A stretch of DNA of 64,000 bases, from NCBI GenBank assembly GCA_007693535.1, contig REDK01000159.1, positions 12,047 to 76,046 of the forward strand. Direction: 5' to 3'. Below, in pieces: positions 10,139-19,283 of the stretch (position 1 is the first letter of the stretch; each line of letters begins with the position of its first letter). The translations under genes and the position numbers were made by a program. Source of the stretch: Chromatiaceae bacterium. GTDB lineage: Bacteria; Pseudomonadota; Gammaproteobacteria; Chromatiales; Chromatiaceae. The notes beneath the pieces were generated by a model. It made no database searches. It saw only the letters and a program-made list of their open reading frames with translations, and had not been told where the DNA came from.

Positions 10139-11436
10139 TTGGCAAGGCGCACGGCATCAGCTCCGTAGATGCGGCGCAGGCAGTCAGCGGCAGAGGCGAT
10201 ATCCTCATCCGTCTCGATATGGCGGAACTCGGCATTACGGCCGACACAGTGCAGGTTGGCAAAGCGCCCAAACAGGTTTCTAGCTTGCTGCTTGGCATCC
10301 TCGAACCCGCGATCATAAACTGGATAACCGCAGCGCTCGGTGAGGATCATGCTGTCCAACACCTCCTCTCGCTGAACCAAATGGTAGCGTTCCAGCGCAC
10401 GCTGCACGCCCTCTAGTGGTTGATCGGTTTCAACTGTCACTTCCGCACACAGTACAGTGCGATCGGTATGTGGCAGGTCCGGATGAAAATGTTTGAACTC
10501 CGCCATCCGGTTGATCACCACGTCGCCATCACCCCAGTAGACCCATTGGTAGGGCATCACAAAGGGCTTGGAAATATGCAGATAGACAAGCTGGACTCGC
10601 TTGAAGCGGAGCTGCAGCTGGCCACCAAGCATCCGCGCGAGCACCGTCGCCGGTATGCTGGAGAAGAGCCGGTCGCAGGCCAGGTGCTGCTCCGCACCAT
10701 CAACACGGTAGCGCACGCCGGTGATACGATTGTTATGGTACTCGACGGCAGTGACCGGCGTCGCAAGCATGATTTCACCACGGATACGTGCCGCCATAGC
10801 ATCGCAGATGCTGCCGTAGCCGCCCTGTTTGGGATACCAAAAGCTGTTGAAAAAGGTCTTCGACTGGCGCTGCAGTGCATCCAGCAGGCCGGACGAGCGG
10901 AGCTTCTCGCGCCCCCAATTGGGAGAGATCTGCCCAGGCGGCACCCCAAACATCTTCTTGGTATATGGCTCGAAAAAGAAGTCGTAAAGGCCGCGCCCAT
11001 AGCGGTTCAGGGCCATGGCCTCGAAAGAATCTTCAAGCAACTTGGGGCGGTTGATAAAGCCCCAAACCAGCTTCAAACCGACCTGGGGCGGAAAGCGCAG
11101 GATCAGCTCGATTGGATTGATTGGATCCTGAATATGCTTGTCGCGCATGAGGATCCTGCTGTTACGCTGGAATTCCCGCAGCGGCACGAGTTCTTGGATA
11201 GCGCGAAGAACGGGTTGGTCATGCGTATACAGCCGATGCGGCGCAATGTCGCAAGGTAGATCGTGCCAATTGAAACTGCGGGCGAGACCTCCGATGCGCG
11301 GCGCCGCCTCCAGCACCGTCACACGCCTGCCCATTTCCGATAGAAGCCAGGCTAGCGCGAGCCCGGAGACACCGGCCCCGATGATGAGGATACGCTCATC
11401 CTCAACGCCTAAAGCGCCAGCTGCAGTAGTGTCCAT
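10135..11436 (-). CDS. FAD/NAD(P)-binding oxidoreductase (amine-oxidase / UDP-galactopyranose-mutase-like fold)
   Basis: Rossmann dinucleotide motif ILIIGAGVSGLALAWLLSEMGRRVTVLEAAPRIGG. ATG at 11436 is preferred over the track's TTG at 11442. Confidence 0.8.
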   Translation of the reverse strand: MDTTAAGALGVEDERILIIGAGVSGLALAWLLSEMGRRVTVLEAAPRIGGLARSFNWHDLPCDIAPHRLYTHDQPVLRAIQELVPLREFQRNSRILMRDKHIQDPINPIELILRFPPQVGLKLVWGFINRPKLLEDSFEAMALNRYGRGLYDFFFEPYTKKMFGVPPGQISPNWGREKLRSSGLLDALQRQSKTFFNSFWYPKQGGYGSICDAMAARIRGEIMLATPVTAVEYHNNRITGVRYRVDGAEQHLACDRLFSSIPATVLARMLGGQLQLRFKRVQLVYLHISKPFVMPYQWVYWGDGDVVINRMAEFKHFHPDLPHTDRTVLCAEVTVETDQPLEGVQRALERYHLVQREEVLDSMILTERCGYPVYDRGFEDAKQQARNLFGRFANLHCVGRNAEFRHIETDEDIASAADCLRRIYGADAVRLAK

Positions 11437-11780
11437 TTTCAATCAGTCAAGGGCGCAGTTCGGGCTGGCATCAGGGAAGCGCAGCGCTCGAGATGGCGCC
11501 GAGCAGCCTGCGGGTTGGAAACGCCACTGGCCTCCACCCTCGACCAACGCACAAACATTCAGCGCCTCGCCGCCAGGCGCTTCTGCTGCCACGCAGCCGA
11601 CGGTTTTCGCACCGTTCATCATGCGTGGGCCGCTCCCCCTGTCGCCGCGCCGACGATGACCGCCGGCATCCGAGGCGCCCTCCCTGGTGCCGTTGGTCAC
11701 GCCGGGCACGCTCTGGGTGTACATGGAGTTATGATCAGGGTCGAGAATTGGCTTAGGTGCCCGGCATCGGGCTAATCGCG

Positions 11781-12767
11781 ATGTTACTCTATCTGGTCTC
11801 TGGTGCGAATGGGTTCGTTGGCCGTGCGCTGTGCCGGCTGCTGACCGAGCGAGGCTGCCGGGTGCGGGCGCTGCTGCATCATGATGCCGCGGGTCCCTGG
11901 CATGAGCGATGCGTCTGCGATCTGGGCAGTGGCAGCTTGCCGACCGGTGTCTGTCGCGGTGTCGACGGGATCTTCCACTTGGCGGGACTTGCCCATCTGC
12001 CAGACCAATGCAGTACCGAGGAATCCCTCTACCGTCGAGTGAATGTCGACGGCACGCGTCTGCTCCTCGATGCGGCCAAGGCTGCCGGCGTTGGCCGCTT
12101 CATCTACTTCAGTAGCGTCAAGGCGGCGGCGGAACCGGGCGATGATTGTGTCGACGAGACCTGGGATGCGCCGCCAGCCGATGCCTACGGTCAATCCAAA
12201 CGGGCCGCGGAGCAAGTGGTCTTGGCGGCCGCGCGCGAGGGGCTGCACGCAAGCGTCTTGCGCCCGACCCTGGTCTACGGTCCTGGCGTCAAAGGCAATC
12301 TCCGCCGGATGCTCGACGCAGTGGCCTGCGGTCGATTCCCACCATTGCCAGAGTCGCATAACCGGCGCTCGATGGTCTCGGTGGCCGATCTGGCCGATGC
12401 CGCCTGGTTGGCGATGACGACCGACGCGGCCAATGCACGCGTGTATATCGTTGCGGACGGGGTGGACTATTCGACCCGGGCACTGTATCTGGCCATCTGT
12501 CAGGCATTCGGTCGCAGGCCGCCATCCTGGTCGCTGCCGATGTGGCTGCTCACGGCGGGCGCACGGGCCGGCGATCTGCTGGGTCAGGCGCTCGGCAGGC
12601 CGATGCCGTATTCATCACTGGCGCTCACCCGTCTGTGCGGCTCGGCCTGCTATCGCGCTGACCGGCTGCGGGCGGAATTGTCCTGGAGGCCGCGGCAGGA
12701 TTTCTTCACCGTCGTCGACGAGATGCTGTCAGCGCAGAATGCCCGTCGTTCAGCGCCGCCCGCGTGA
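11781..12767 (+). CDS. NAD-dependent epimerase/dehydratase (extended SDR)
   Basis: ATG 11781 gives MLLYLVSGANGFVGRALCRLL (the TGxxGxxG-type motif). A YGQSK catalytic YxxxK motif is present. Divergent from the oxidoreductase operon. Confidence 0.85.
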   Translation: MLLYLVSGANGFVGRALCRLLTERGCRVRALLHHDAAGPWHERCVCDLGSGSLPTGVCRGVDGIFHLAGLAHLPDQCSTEESLYRRVNVDGTRLLLDAAKAAGVGRFIYFSSVKAAAEPGDDCVDETWDAPPADAYGQSKRAAEQVVLAAAREGLHASVLRPTLVYGPGVKGNLRRMLDAVACGRFPPLPESHNRRSMVSVADLADAAWLAMTTDAANARVYIVADGVDYSTRALYLAICQAFGRRPPSWSLPMWLLTAGARAGDLLGQALGRPMPYSSLALTRLCGSACYRADRLRAELSWRPRQDFFTVVDEMLSAQNARRSAPPA

Positions 12768-12900
12768 CGGGCTGATGTCGGGCTGATGGGGCGGCCATGG
12801 CGGATGAGCGCGGCGAAATCCACCGCTACGGCATCGACGATCGTTGGAGTGTCTGGCCGGGTGCGGCCTTGATCTGAACTCCGACCAAGTACGCGGCCGA

Positions 12901-12959
12901 CTGCGTAGTCAGGCCATCCTGGCCTGACGCCGTCAGGGCTGGAAGCCCTGACGACGCAG
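12901..12959. repeat. Compound palindrome (predicted three-way junction; REP-like or bidirectional terminator)
   Basis: Outer stem is CTGCGT (12901-06) with ACGCAG (12954-59). It encloses two 8-bp hairpins: GTCAGGCC-atcct-GGCCTGAC (12908-28) and GTCAGGGC-tggaa-GCCCTGAC (12932-52). It lies between convergent genes. Confidence 0.6.
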
Positions 12960-13114
12960 GGCTCACCGGCGGATGGTCGGGATCATCATCAAGGCCTCTG
13001 GACGGCGACCGGTGCGGCTCCTATCAGGCCGAGGCCCGGCGCTTGGTCTGCGTCAATGGCGAAGGTCTCGCCGCCACGGTGGGCAACGGCCTCGGCGTTC
13101 TCGGGGCGCGAGAC

Positions 13115-13558
13115 TCAAGCATCCGGCAGCCAGTCCGCGTCGAGGATCTCCGCGCGACCGTAGGGACAGGTGACCGGAAACAGGTGCCGGTCCAGGTCGG
13201 CCTCGATGACTGCATCGCGCACCGCCTTCTCATAGACCCGGTTCAGGGTGACCGGGTCTAGCAGCCGCTGCAGACTCGGCGATTGCTCCAGCAGGCGCTC
13301 GATCGCGGTCCGCTGATGGTTCATGGTGAGCAGCCAACTTTTGCCGCGGCGCTCGGGCTGGAACTGGTACTTGAGCAGGTGCACCAGCAGCACTTGCAGT
13401 CGATTCAGCAATTCGCGGCGCTCACTGGCACCCATTCCCTCCAGCTCCTCGGCGACATGCTCGATGTCCAGTTGACTCAACTTGCCTTCGCGCAACAACC
13501 GGGCACTGTGCAGCGCCCACGCGGCAAAATCCGCTTCATAGGTGACATTGTCATTCAT
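13115..13558 (-). CDS. DUF29 family protein
   Basis: ATG 13558 (M75 of the track ORF). The sequence YEADFAAWALHSARLLREGKLSQLDIEHVAEELEGMGASERRELLNRLQVLLVHLLKYQFQPERRGKSW matches the DUF29 pattern. Confidence 0.8.
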   Translation of the reverse strand: MNDNVTYEADFAAWALHSARLLREGKLSQLDIEHVAEELEGMGASERRELLNRLQVLLVHLLKYQFQPERRGKSWLLTMNHQRTAIERLLEQSPSLQRLLDPVTLNRVYEKAVRDAVIEADLDRHLFPVTCPYGRAEILDADWLPDA

Positions 13559-13580
13559 CGCTGGACCCCAGTAGGAGTGG

Positions 13581-14909
13581 TCAAGGTCTCGACGCAGGGT
13601 CGCGCTCGCGGCCATCCGCATCCCCAGTGCCAGTTGCTGGCTCGGTCGACGACGGGCCGACCGAGCCGCCAGTGCGACGCCCCGCGGCCGCACGGTGCGG
13701 ATACCGGTGCGGATACAGTTGCCGATACAGGGCCAGCACCTCCGCGGCCAGCCGGTCCTCGCCGAAGCGTGCCTCGGCAATCGCCCGCGAGCGGCGGCCC
13801 AGGCGCGCGCGCAGGTCGGGGTCGGCGATCAGCGTCGCCAGCGCCGCGGCCAGGGCCGGCGCATCGCGCGGGGGCACCAGTAGGCCGTTGCCGCCAGGCT
13901 CGACCACATCGCGGCAGCCGGGCAGGTCGGTGGTCACCAGCGGCAACCCGCAGGCGGCCCCTTCGAGCAGGAACTTGGGGATGCCCTCGCGATAGTAGGA
14001 CGGCAGACAGGCGATATGGGCCTGGGCCAGCACCGCCGGCATGTCCTCGCGCCGCCCCCACCATTCGATCGCCCCCTCCGCCTGCCAAGCTAGCAGTTCA
14101 TCGGCGCTGACCGAGGCCGGATTGCCGGCATCGGGCGCGCCGAGCAGACAGCAGCGAAACGCGAGCCCGCGCGCACGCAACAGCCGCGCCGCGGCGACCA
14201 GTTCACCGACGCCCTTGTCCCACAGCAGGCGCGAGGCCAGCATCACCGTGACCGGCCCCGGGGCCGGTAGACGGGGCACGAAGCGCTCAAGATCGACCCC
14301 GGACCCGGGGATCAGATGCGCCCGCACCCCGGCCAGGGCGAGCAGTTCGGCCTGATCGGTGCGGTTTTGCACCAGCACCTGCGCCCCCGGACGGCGCAGC
14401 AGCAGCCGGTAACCGAGCAGCACCAGGCGCCGCCCGAGGCGCGCCTGCCAGACGCGTGCCGAGAACAACCAGCCGAAGCCCGGCAGGGCGGCGATCAGGG
14501 CCGGGGTGCCGGCCAGGCGTGCCGCCAGCGCGCCGTAGAGCACCGGCTTCTGGGCGATGCAGTGCAGCAGTTCGGGACGCAGCCGGCGCAGCAGCCGGTA
14601 CAGGCGCCAGACCGCGGCCAGTTCCCGCAGCGGGTGCATACCCTGGCGGCTGATCGCGAAGGGGATGACCTCGAAACCACAGGCGCGCAGGCGCTCGCCA
14701 TGGTCCTCGACTCCAGTGATGACCGCGACCCGGTAGCCGGCCGCCTGCACCGCTGCCGCCAGGCCGCGGTAGTGATGGTGGAAATACCAGTCGACGGTGA
14801 CGAAAAAGGCGACTCGGGGCGGCTGCCCATGCGTGCGCTCGGTCGCGCCAGCCGCCACCTGCGGGGGCTGGGACGGGGGCGGCTCCGGGTGCAGGGGCGT
14901 GACGCTCAT
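13581..14909 (-). CDS. GT4-family glycosyltransferase (paralogue of 6371..7609)
   Basis: ATG 14909 overlaps the asnB-like stop (ATGA). Motifs: RVAFFVTVDWYFHHHYRGLAAAVQAAGYRV and YREGIPKFLLEGAACGLPLVTTDLPGCRDVV. The C-terminal tail contains a 12-bp tandem repeat. Confidence 0.85.
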   Translation of the reverse strand: MSVTPLHPEPPPSQPPQVAAGATERTHGQPPRVAFFVTVDWYFHHHYRGLAAAVQAAGYRVAVITGVEDHGERLRACGFEVIPFAISRQGMHPLRELAAVWRLYRLLRRLRPELLHCIAQKPVLYGALAARLAGTPALIAALPGFGWLFSARVWQARLGRRLVLLGYRLLLRRPGAQVLVQNRTDQAELLALAGVRAHLIPGSGVDLERFVPRLPAPGPVTVMLASRLLWDKGVGELVAAARLLRARGLAFRCCLLGAPDAGNPASVSADELLAWQAEGAIEWWGRREDMPAVLAQAHIACLPSYYREGIPKFLLEGAACGLPLVTTDLPGCRDVVEPGGNGLLVPPRDAPALAAALATLIADPDLRARLGRRSRAIAEARFGEDRLAAEVLALYRQLYPHRYPHRAAAGRRTGGSVGPSSTEPATGTGDADGRERDPASRP

Positions 14910-16864
14910 GTCGCTGCCGGCACGGTGGGCAGGGTCTCCTGCCAGGCCTGAAACATCAGCACGTCCCACAGGCAATACTCCCAGTTCTGCACCCCGGCTA
15001 GATGCTCCTGCCAGGCCTGGCGCAGCGGGGCGACCGCGAAGAAGCCCTCGCGGCGCAGCCGCTCGGCCGCCAGCAGGCCCTCGGCCCAGTCGCGCAGCGG
15101 GCCGCGCAGCCAGGCGCCGATGGGGACGCTGAAGCCGGCCTTGGGCCGGTCGATCAGGGCGCGCGGGACATGGCGCTCGAGCAGGCTGCGCAGCGGGCGC
15201 TTGCCGATGCCCGCGCTGAGCTTCCAGGCCCGCGGCAGGCGCCAGGCGAACTCGAACACCCGATGGTCGAGCAGCGGCACCCGCGCCTCCAGCCCGACGC
15301 CCATGCTGGCGCGATCCACCTTGACCAGGATGTCATCCGGCAGATAGGTCAGGCTGTCGAGCAGCATCATCAGGTGCAGGTCGTCGCCGAGGCCGGCACC
15401 GTCCTCGGTATCGAGTAACGAGGGTGGCTCGCTGGCCCCCGGCACCAAGGCGGCTGGCGCTTTCCAATGCGACAGCAGGCTGCGATAGAGGGCGGCCGGG
15501 GCATCCTCGGCCAGTACCAGGGCGACCTTGTGCAGCCGCGCCCCCGGGGTCTGCACCTGCAGGGCCGCCGGCAGCAGGCTGCCAAGCGGGCGCAGCAGCC
15601 GGTTCCAGGCCGCCGGCGGCAGCGCCCGCAGCCCGCGCCCGGCCAGCCGTCGCAGCGGCCGCGGGATGCGCGCCAGGGTGCGCCCGGCGGTCTGCCCCCA
15701 GAGATAACGGGTGTAGCCGCCGAAGAGTTCATCGCCGCCGTCGCCGGAGAGACAGACGGTGACGTGCTCGCGGGCCATGGCCGCGACCAGATGGGTTGGG
15801 ATCTGCGAGCAATCGCCGAACGGTTCGTCCCACAGCCGCGGCAGCGCCGGCAGCAGGTCGAGCCCGGCGGCCGGGGACAGATACAGCTCGGTATGGTCGC
15901 AGCCCAGGTGCGCAGCCACCGCGCGGGCATGCACCGCCTCGTCGAAGCCGTCCTCGCGAAAGCCGATGGTGAAGGTGCGCACCGGCCGGCTGGATTGCGC
16001 CTGCATCAGCGCCACCACCAGGCTGGAGTCGATGCCGCCGGAGAGGAAGGCCCCCAGTGGGCGGTCGGCGTGCATGCGCAGGTCCACCGCATCGCGCAGC
16101 AGGTCGTCGAGGGCGGCGAGCGCCTCGGCCTCGCTGCCGCGCCAGGGGTCGGCGACCCCGGCGACCGCGGTGGCGCGGGCCGACCAATAGTGCTGCACGC
16201 GCGGTGCGGCGGCGGCGGCATCCAGGCGGAGCCAACTGCCCGCCGGCAGCTTATGGATGCCGGCATGGATCGAGCGCGGCGCCGGCACGTAGCCGAAGCG
16301 CAGCAGTTGCACCAGGGCGCCGCGATCGATCGCGCCCTCCCAGGCCGGATGGGCACGCAGGGCCTTGAGTTCGGAGCCGAACAGGAAGACGCCGCCGGCC
16401 TGCCCATAATAGAGCGGCTTCTCGCCGAGCCGGTCGCGGGCGAGATAGAGGGCGCGCGTGTCCCGGTCCCAGAGGGCGAACGCGAACATGCCGTTGACCT
16501 CGGCCAGCGTCTGCTCGATGCCCCAGGCGGCCAGGGCCTGTAACAGCACCTCGGTATCAGAATGACCGCGCCAGGGGACCTGCCCGTCGAGGCGCGCGCG
16601 CAGGGCGCGATGGTTGTAGATCTCGCCGTTGAAGCAGAGCACCAGGCGCCCGCAGGCCGAGACCATCGGCTGGCGGCCCTGGGGCGAGAGGTCCAGGATG
16701 GCGAGCCGGCGATGCCCGAGGGCGAGTCCGGCGGCGGCATCGATCCAGGTGCCACTGCCGTCGGGGCCGCGGTGTGCCAGCGTCGCGGTCATCGCCTCGA
16801 CGCTGGCCGCGAGCGCCGCCGGCGCGCCCCCGCCCGGCTGCCACAGGCCGCAGATCCCACACAT
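14906..16864 (-). CDS. Asparagine synthase-type glutamine amidotransferase (AsnB family), copy 1
   Basis: Starts MCGICGLW (Cys2 Ntn nucleophile). PP-loop is SGGIDSS. ATG 16864 shares one nt with the upstream stop (TGATG). The 272-codon upstream extension in the track was rejected. Confidence 0.9.
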   Translation of the reverse strand: MCGICGLWQPGGGAPAALAASVEAMTATLAHRGPDGSGTWIDAAAGLALGHRRLAILDLSPQGRQPMVSACGRLVLCFNGEIYNHRALRARLDGQVPWRGHSDTEVLLQALAAWGIEQTLAEVNGMFAFALWDRDTRALYLARDRLGEKPLYYGQAGGVFLFGSELKALRAHPAWEGAIDRGALVQLLRFGYVPAPRSIHAGIHKLPAGSWLRLDAAAAAPRVQHYWSARATAVAGVADPWRGSEAEALAALDDLLRDAVDLRMHADRPLGAFLSGGIDSSLVVALMQAQSSRPVRTFTIGFREDGFDEAVHARAVAAHLGCDHTELYLSPAAGLDLLPALPRLWDEPFGDCSQIPTHLVAAMAREHVTVCLSGDGGDELFGGYTRYLWGQTAGRTLARIPRPLRRLAGRGLRALPPAAWNRLLRPLGSLLPAALQVQTPGARLHKVALVLAEDAPAALYRSLLSHWKAPAALVPGASEPPSLLDTEDGAGLGDDLHLMMLLDSLTYLPDDILVKVDRASMGVGLEARVPLLDHRVFEFAWRLPRAWKLSAGIGKRPLRSLLERHVPRALIDRPKAGFSVPIGAWLRGPLRDWAEGLLAAERLRREGFFAVAPLRQAWQEHLAGVQNWEYCLWDVLMFQAWQETLPTVPAAT

Positions 16865-18036
16865 CAGTCGCGTCTCCCGGCGGCGAGCGCCTCGTAGACC
16901 TCGGTGTAACGCGCGGCGATCGCCGGCAGCGCATAGTGCGCGGCCACCCGCGCCCGCGCCTGCGCACCGAGGTGCGCGCGCGCGGTCGTGTCGAGCTGCA
17001 GCAACCGCTGGAGCGCGGCCGCGAGCGCCGTCGCATCCCGCGGCGGGACCACCGCGCCGGTGGCACCGACGATGGCCGCTGAATCCCCGACCGCGGTGAC
17101 CACGCAGGGCGTCCCACAGGCCATCGCCTCGCCGATGATATTCGGAAAGCCCTCGCCATAGGCGGCCGCCGAGACCACCAGGTCGCAGCCGGCGAAGAGG
17201 CGCGCGATATCCTGGCGCGGCCCGAGCAGATGCACCCGCCCATCGACACCGGCGGCCCTGATCCAGCCACGCAACACCGGATTGTCCGGGCTCTGCGCAG
17301 GCCCGCACAGCAACAGCCGCACCGCCGGCACCGCGCTGGCCAGCCGCGCCAGGGCAGCGAACAGGTTGGGCAGGTCCTTCTGCGGGTCGAAGCGCGCCGC
17401 GGTGGCGATCAGCGGCGTCGCCAATGGCAGGCCGAGTTCGCGGCGCAGATCGGCCGCGGCGTCCGGGTCCGGCCGGAAGCGGGCGAGATCGAAGCCATTG
17501 GGGATCACCGTCATGCGCGCTCCGCTGTAGCCCAGCGCCTGGTGGACCGCGCGGGTCTGCTCGGAACAGCACAGGATGCGCCGCGGGGCCCAATGCGACA
17601 GCGGCGCACACAGGCGCACCACCAGCCGCGTGCCGCGCTTGGAGCTGGCCATATCCAGATTGCTCTGGCGCAGATTCCACAGCAGCGGTACCTGCCCCAG
17701 CCAGGGCCGGGCCAGGGCACCGAGCAGGTCGGCATGATACAGCCAGGTCTGCAGCAGGTCCGGACGCAGTTGCCGCAACTGGCGCAGCAGCCGCGGCAGC
17801 GCGCGGGCATCGAGGGCACCGCGGCGCAGGCCCAGGTCGGACACCGGCACCCCGAGGTCGGCGATCGGCCCGGCCAGCTCACCGCCCGCCACCAGCGCGA
17901 TCACCGCCCCCTGCAGGCGCGCCGGATCGGTGGCCGTGAGCAGCTTCAGCAGCATCATCTCGGCCCCGCCGGTGGTGAGCCCGGTGATCAGGTGCACCAC
18001 CCGCAGCGGTCGCCGGGCCACCGGGTCGGTCCTCAT
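16864..18036 (-). CDS. GT4-family glycosyltransferase
   Basis: ATG 18036 (ATGA overlap). N-terminus is MRTDPVARRPLRVVHLITGLTTGGAEMMLLKL. The C-terminal motif is YGEGFPNIIGEAMACGTPCVVTAVGD. Confidence 0.85.
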   Translation of the reverse strand: MRTDPVARRPLRVVHLITGLTTGGAEMMLLKLLTATDPARLQGAVIALVAGGELAGPIADLGVPVSDLGLRRGALDARALPRLLRQLRQLRPDLLQTWLYHADLLGALARPWLGQVPLLWNLRQSNLDMASSKRGTRLVVRLCAPLSHWAPRRILCCSEQTRAVHQALGYSGARMTVIPNGFDLARFRPDPDAAADLRRELGLPLATPLIATAARFDPQKDLPNLFAALARLASAVPAVRLLLCGPAQSPDNPVLRGWIRAAGVDGRVHLLGPRQDIARLFAGCDLVVSAAAYGEGFPNIIGEAMACGTPCVVTAVGDSAAIVGATGAVVPPRDATALAAALQRLLQLDTTARAHLGAQARARVAAHYALPAIAARYTEVYEALAAGRRD

Positions 18037-19283
18037 GCGTCTGGGTCGAGGCCGGGATCGAGGGCGGGATCGATGGCGGGATCGAGCAGGTCCAGATAGC
18101 GGCGGCTGATCGGGGCCAGCGCGAAGTCCGCCGCGCGCGCCCGCAGCCGGGCCGGGTCCGGCGGCCGCTCCAAGGTGGCAAGGATGGCGGCAGCCAGGGC
18201 CGCGGGGTCGCCCACCGGCACCAGGGCGCCGAAGGCGCCGTCGGCGAGCACCTCGCGCGGACCGCTCGGGCAATCGGTGCTGACCACCGGCGTGCCACAG
18301 GCCATGGCCTGGATCAGCACCCCCGGCAGCCCCTCCCAGGCCGAGGCGAGCACGAACAGCCGCGCCGCACGCATGAAGCAGAACGGATTCGGCGTAAAGC
18401 CGGGCAGGTCCACCCAGGGCGTGAGCCCCAGGGCCTGGATGCGCGCCGCCAGCGCCGCGCGCTGCGGCCCCTCGCCGAGGATCAGCAGCCGTGCCGGGCG
18501 CACGCGGCGCACCCGCGCGAAGGCCTCCAACAGGGTGGGATAGTCCTTCTGCGGGGCCAGCCGGCCGGCCGCCAGCAGCACCGGCAGGCCGCCGTCGCCG
18601 AACCAGGGATGCGGTGGTGGCGCCGCCGCTAGGGCCGGCAGATCGGGGGTCAGCACCGGGTTGTGGATCACCTGCAGGCGTCCGGGTGCCAGTCGCAGGT
18701 GCCGCTGCAGGTCGTCCGCAACCCCGGCCGAGACCGCGATCACCGCGCTCGCGCGCGGATAGAAGCGGCGCGCGAGCGGCAGCAGCAGGCGCCCGGCGAG
18801 GCCGTTGGCATGGGCGCTTTCGGCGGAGAGATTGCTGCGCACGCTGACCAGGCAGCGCGTCCCGGTGCCGGCCAGGGCCACCGCCCACAGCGCGATCAGG
18901 TTGGCATGGTCCATCGCCGCGAGCAGGGCGCGCGGGCGGCGGCGGCGCAGATAGCGCACCAGCCCGGGCAAGGCCGCCAGCACCCGGGGGCGATCGAGGT
19001 CCACCAGCCGTAGCTCGGGCGGCGCCCGTCCCCCGGACTGGTCCGGTGCCTGGTCCTGTGCCTGGTCCTGCGCCTGTTCCCGCGCTTGGGCCAGATAAGG
19101 GCCGCTCGCACGCGCCAGCACCAGGTCCACCGGGCGTCCCAGGTCGAGCAGGCCGCGCGCCAGGTTCAAGGTCATGCGCTCGGCCCCGCCCCCGGCCAAC
19201 GAGGGCAGGAACAGGGCGATCGGGGCTGGCGCGGTGGGCTGGGCCGCCGTCGGGCCGGTGCCGCGCGTTGGGGCCCGGTTCAC
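18033..19283 (-). CDS. GT4-family glycosyltransferase
   Basis: GTG 19283 overlaps the upstream stop (GTGA). Motifs: IALFLPSLAGGGAERMTLNLARGL and WEGLPGVLIQAMACGTPVVSTDCPSGPREV. Contains a QAQDQAQDQAPDQ insert and a C-terminal DPAIDPALDPGLDP tail, both encoded by 12-bp repeats. Confidence 0.75.
   Translation of the reverse strand: MNRAPTRGTGPTAAQPTAPAPIALFLPSLAGGGAERMTLNLARGLLDLGRPVDLVLARASGPYLAQAREQAQDQAQDQAPDQSGGRAPPELRLVDLDRPRVLAALPGLVRYLRRRRPRALLAAMDHANLIALWAVALAGTGTRCLVSVRSNLSAESAHANGLAGRLLLPLARRFYPRASAVIAVSAGVADDLQRHLRLAPGRLQVIHNPVLTPDLPALAAAPPPHPWFGDGGLPVLLAAGRLAPQKDYPTLLEAFARVRRVRPARLLILGEGPQRAALAARIQALGLTPWVDLPGFTPNPFCFMRAARLFVLASAWEGLPGVLIQAMACGTPVVSTDCPSGPREVLADGAFGALVPVGDPAALAAAILATLERPPDPARLRARAADFALAPISRRYLDLLDPAIDPALDPGLDPDA

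Noticed and set aside
12768-13114. Small ORFs and a coding-looking fragment (…ENAEAVAHRGGETFAIDADQAPGLGLI…) downstream of the DUF29 gene
   Set aside because: There is no start codon, no recognisable family, and the stretches are under 45 codons. It may be a gene relic but this cannot be supported.
15467-16543. 358-aa plus-strand ORF antisense to AsnB copy 1 (similar cases: 13283..14110, 17230..18099, 20429..21163, 16006..16755)
   Set aside because: These are shadow ORFs typical of very GC-rich coding DNA. Their composition is dominated by Arg/Gly/Ala/Pro, and the opposite-strand genes have clear family motifs.
14906-17680. 924-aa track ORF suggesting a giant AsnB fusion
   Set aside because: The first 272 codons are Arg/Gly/Ala-rich nonsense that overlaps the upstream GT4 gene in another frame. 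The family N-terminus MCGICG with catalytic Cys2 begins at ATG 16864, exactly at the upstream stop.
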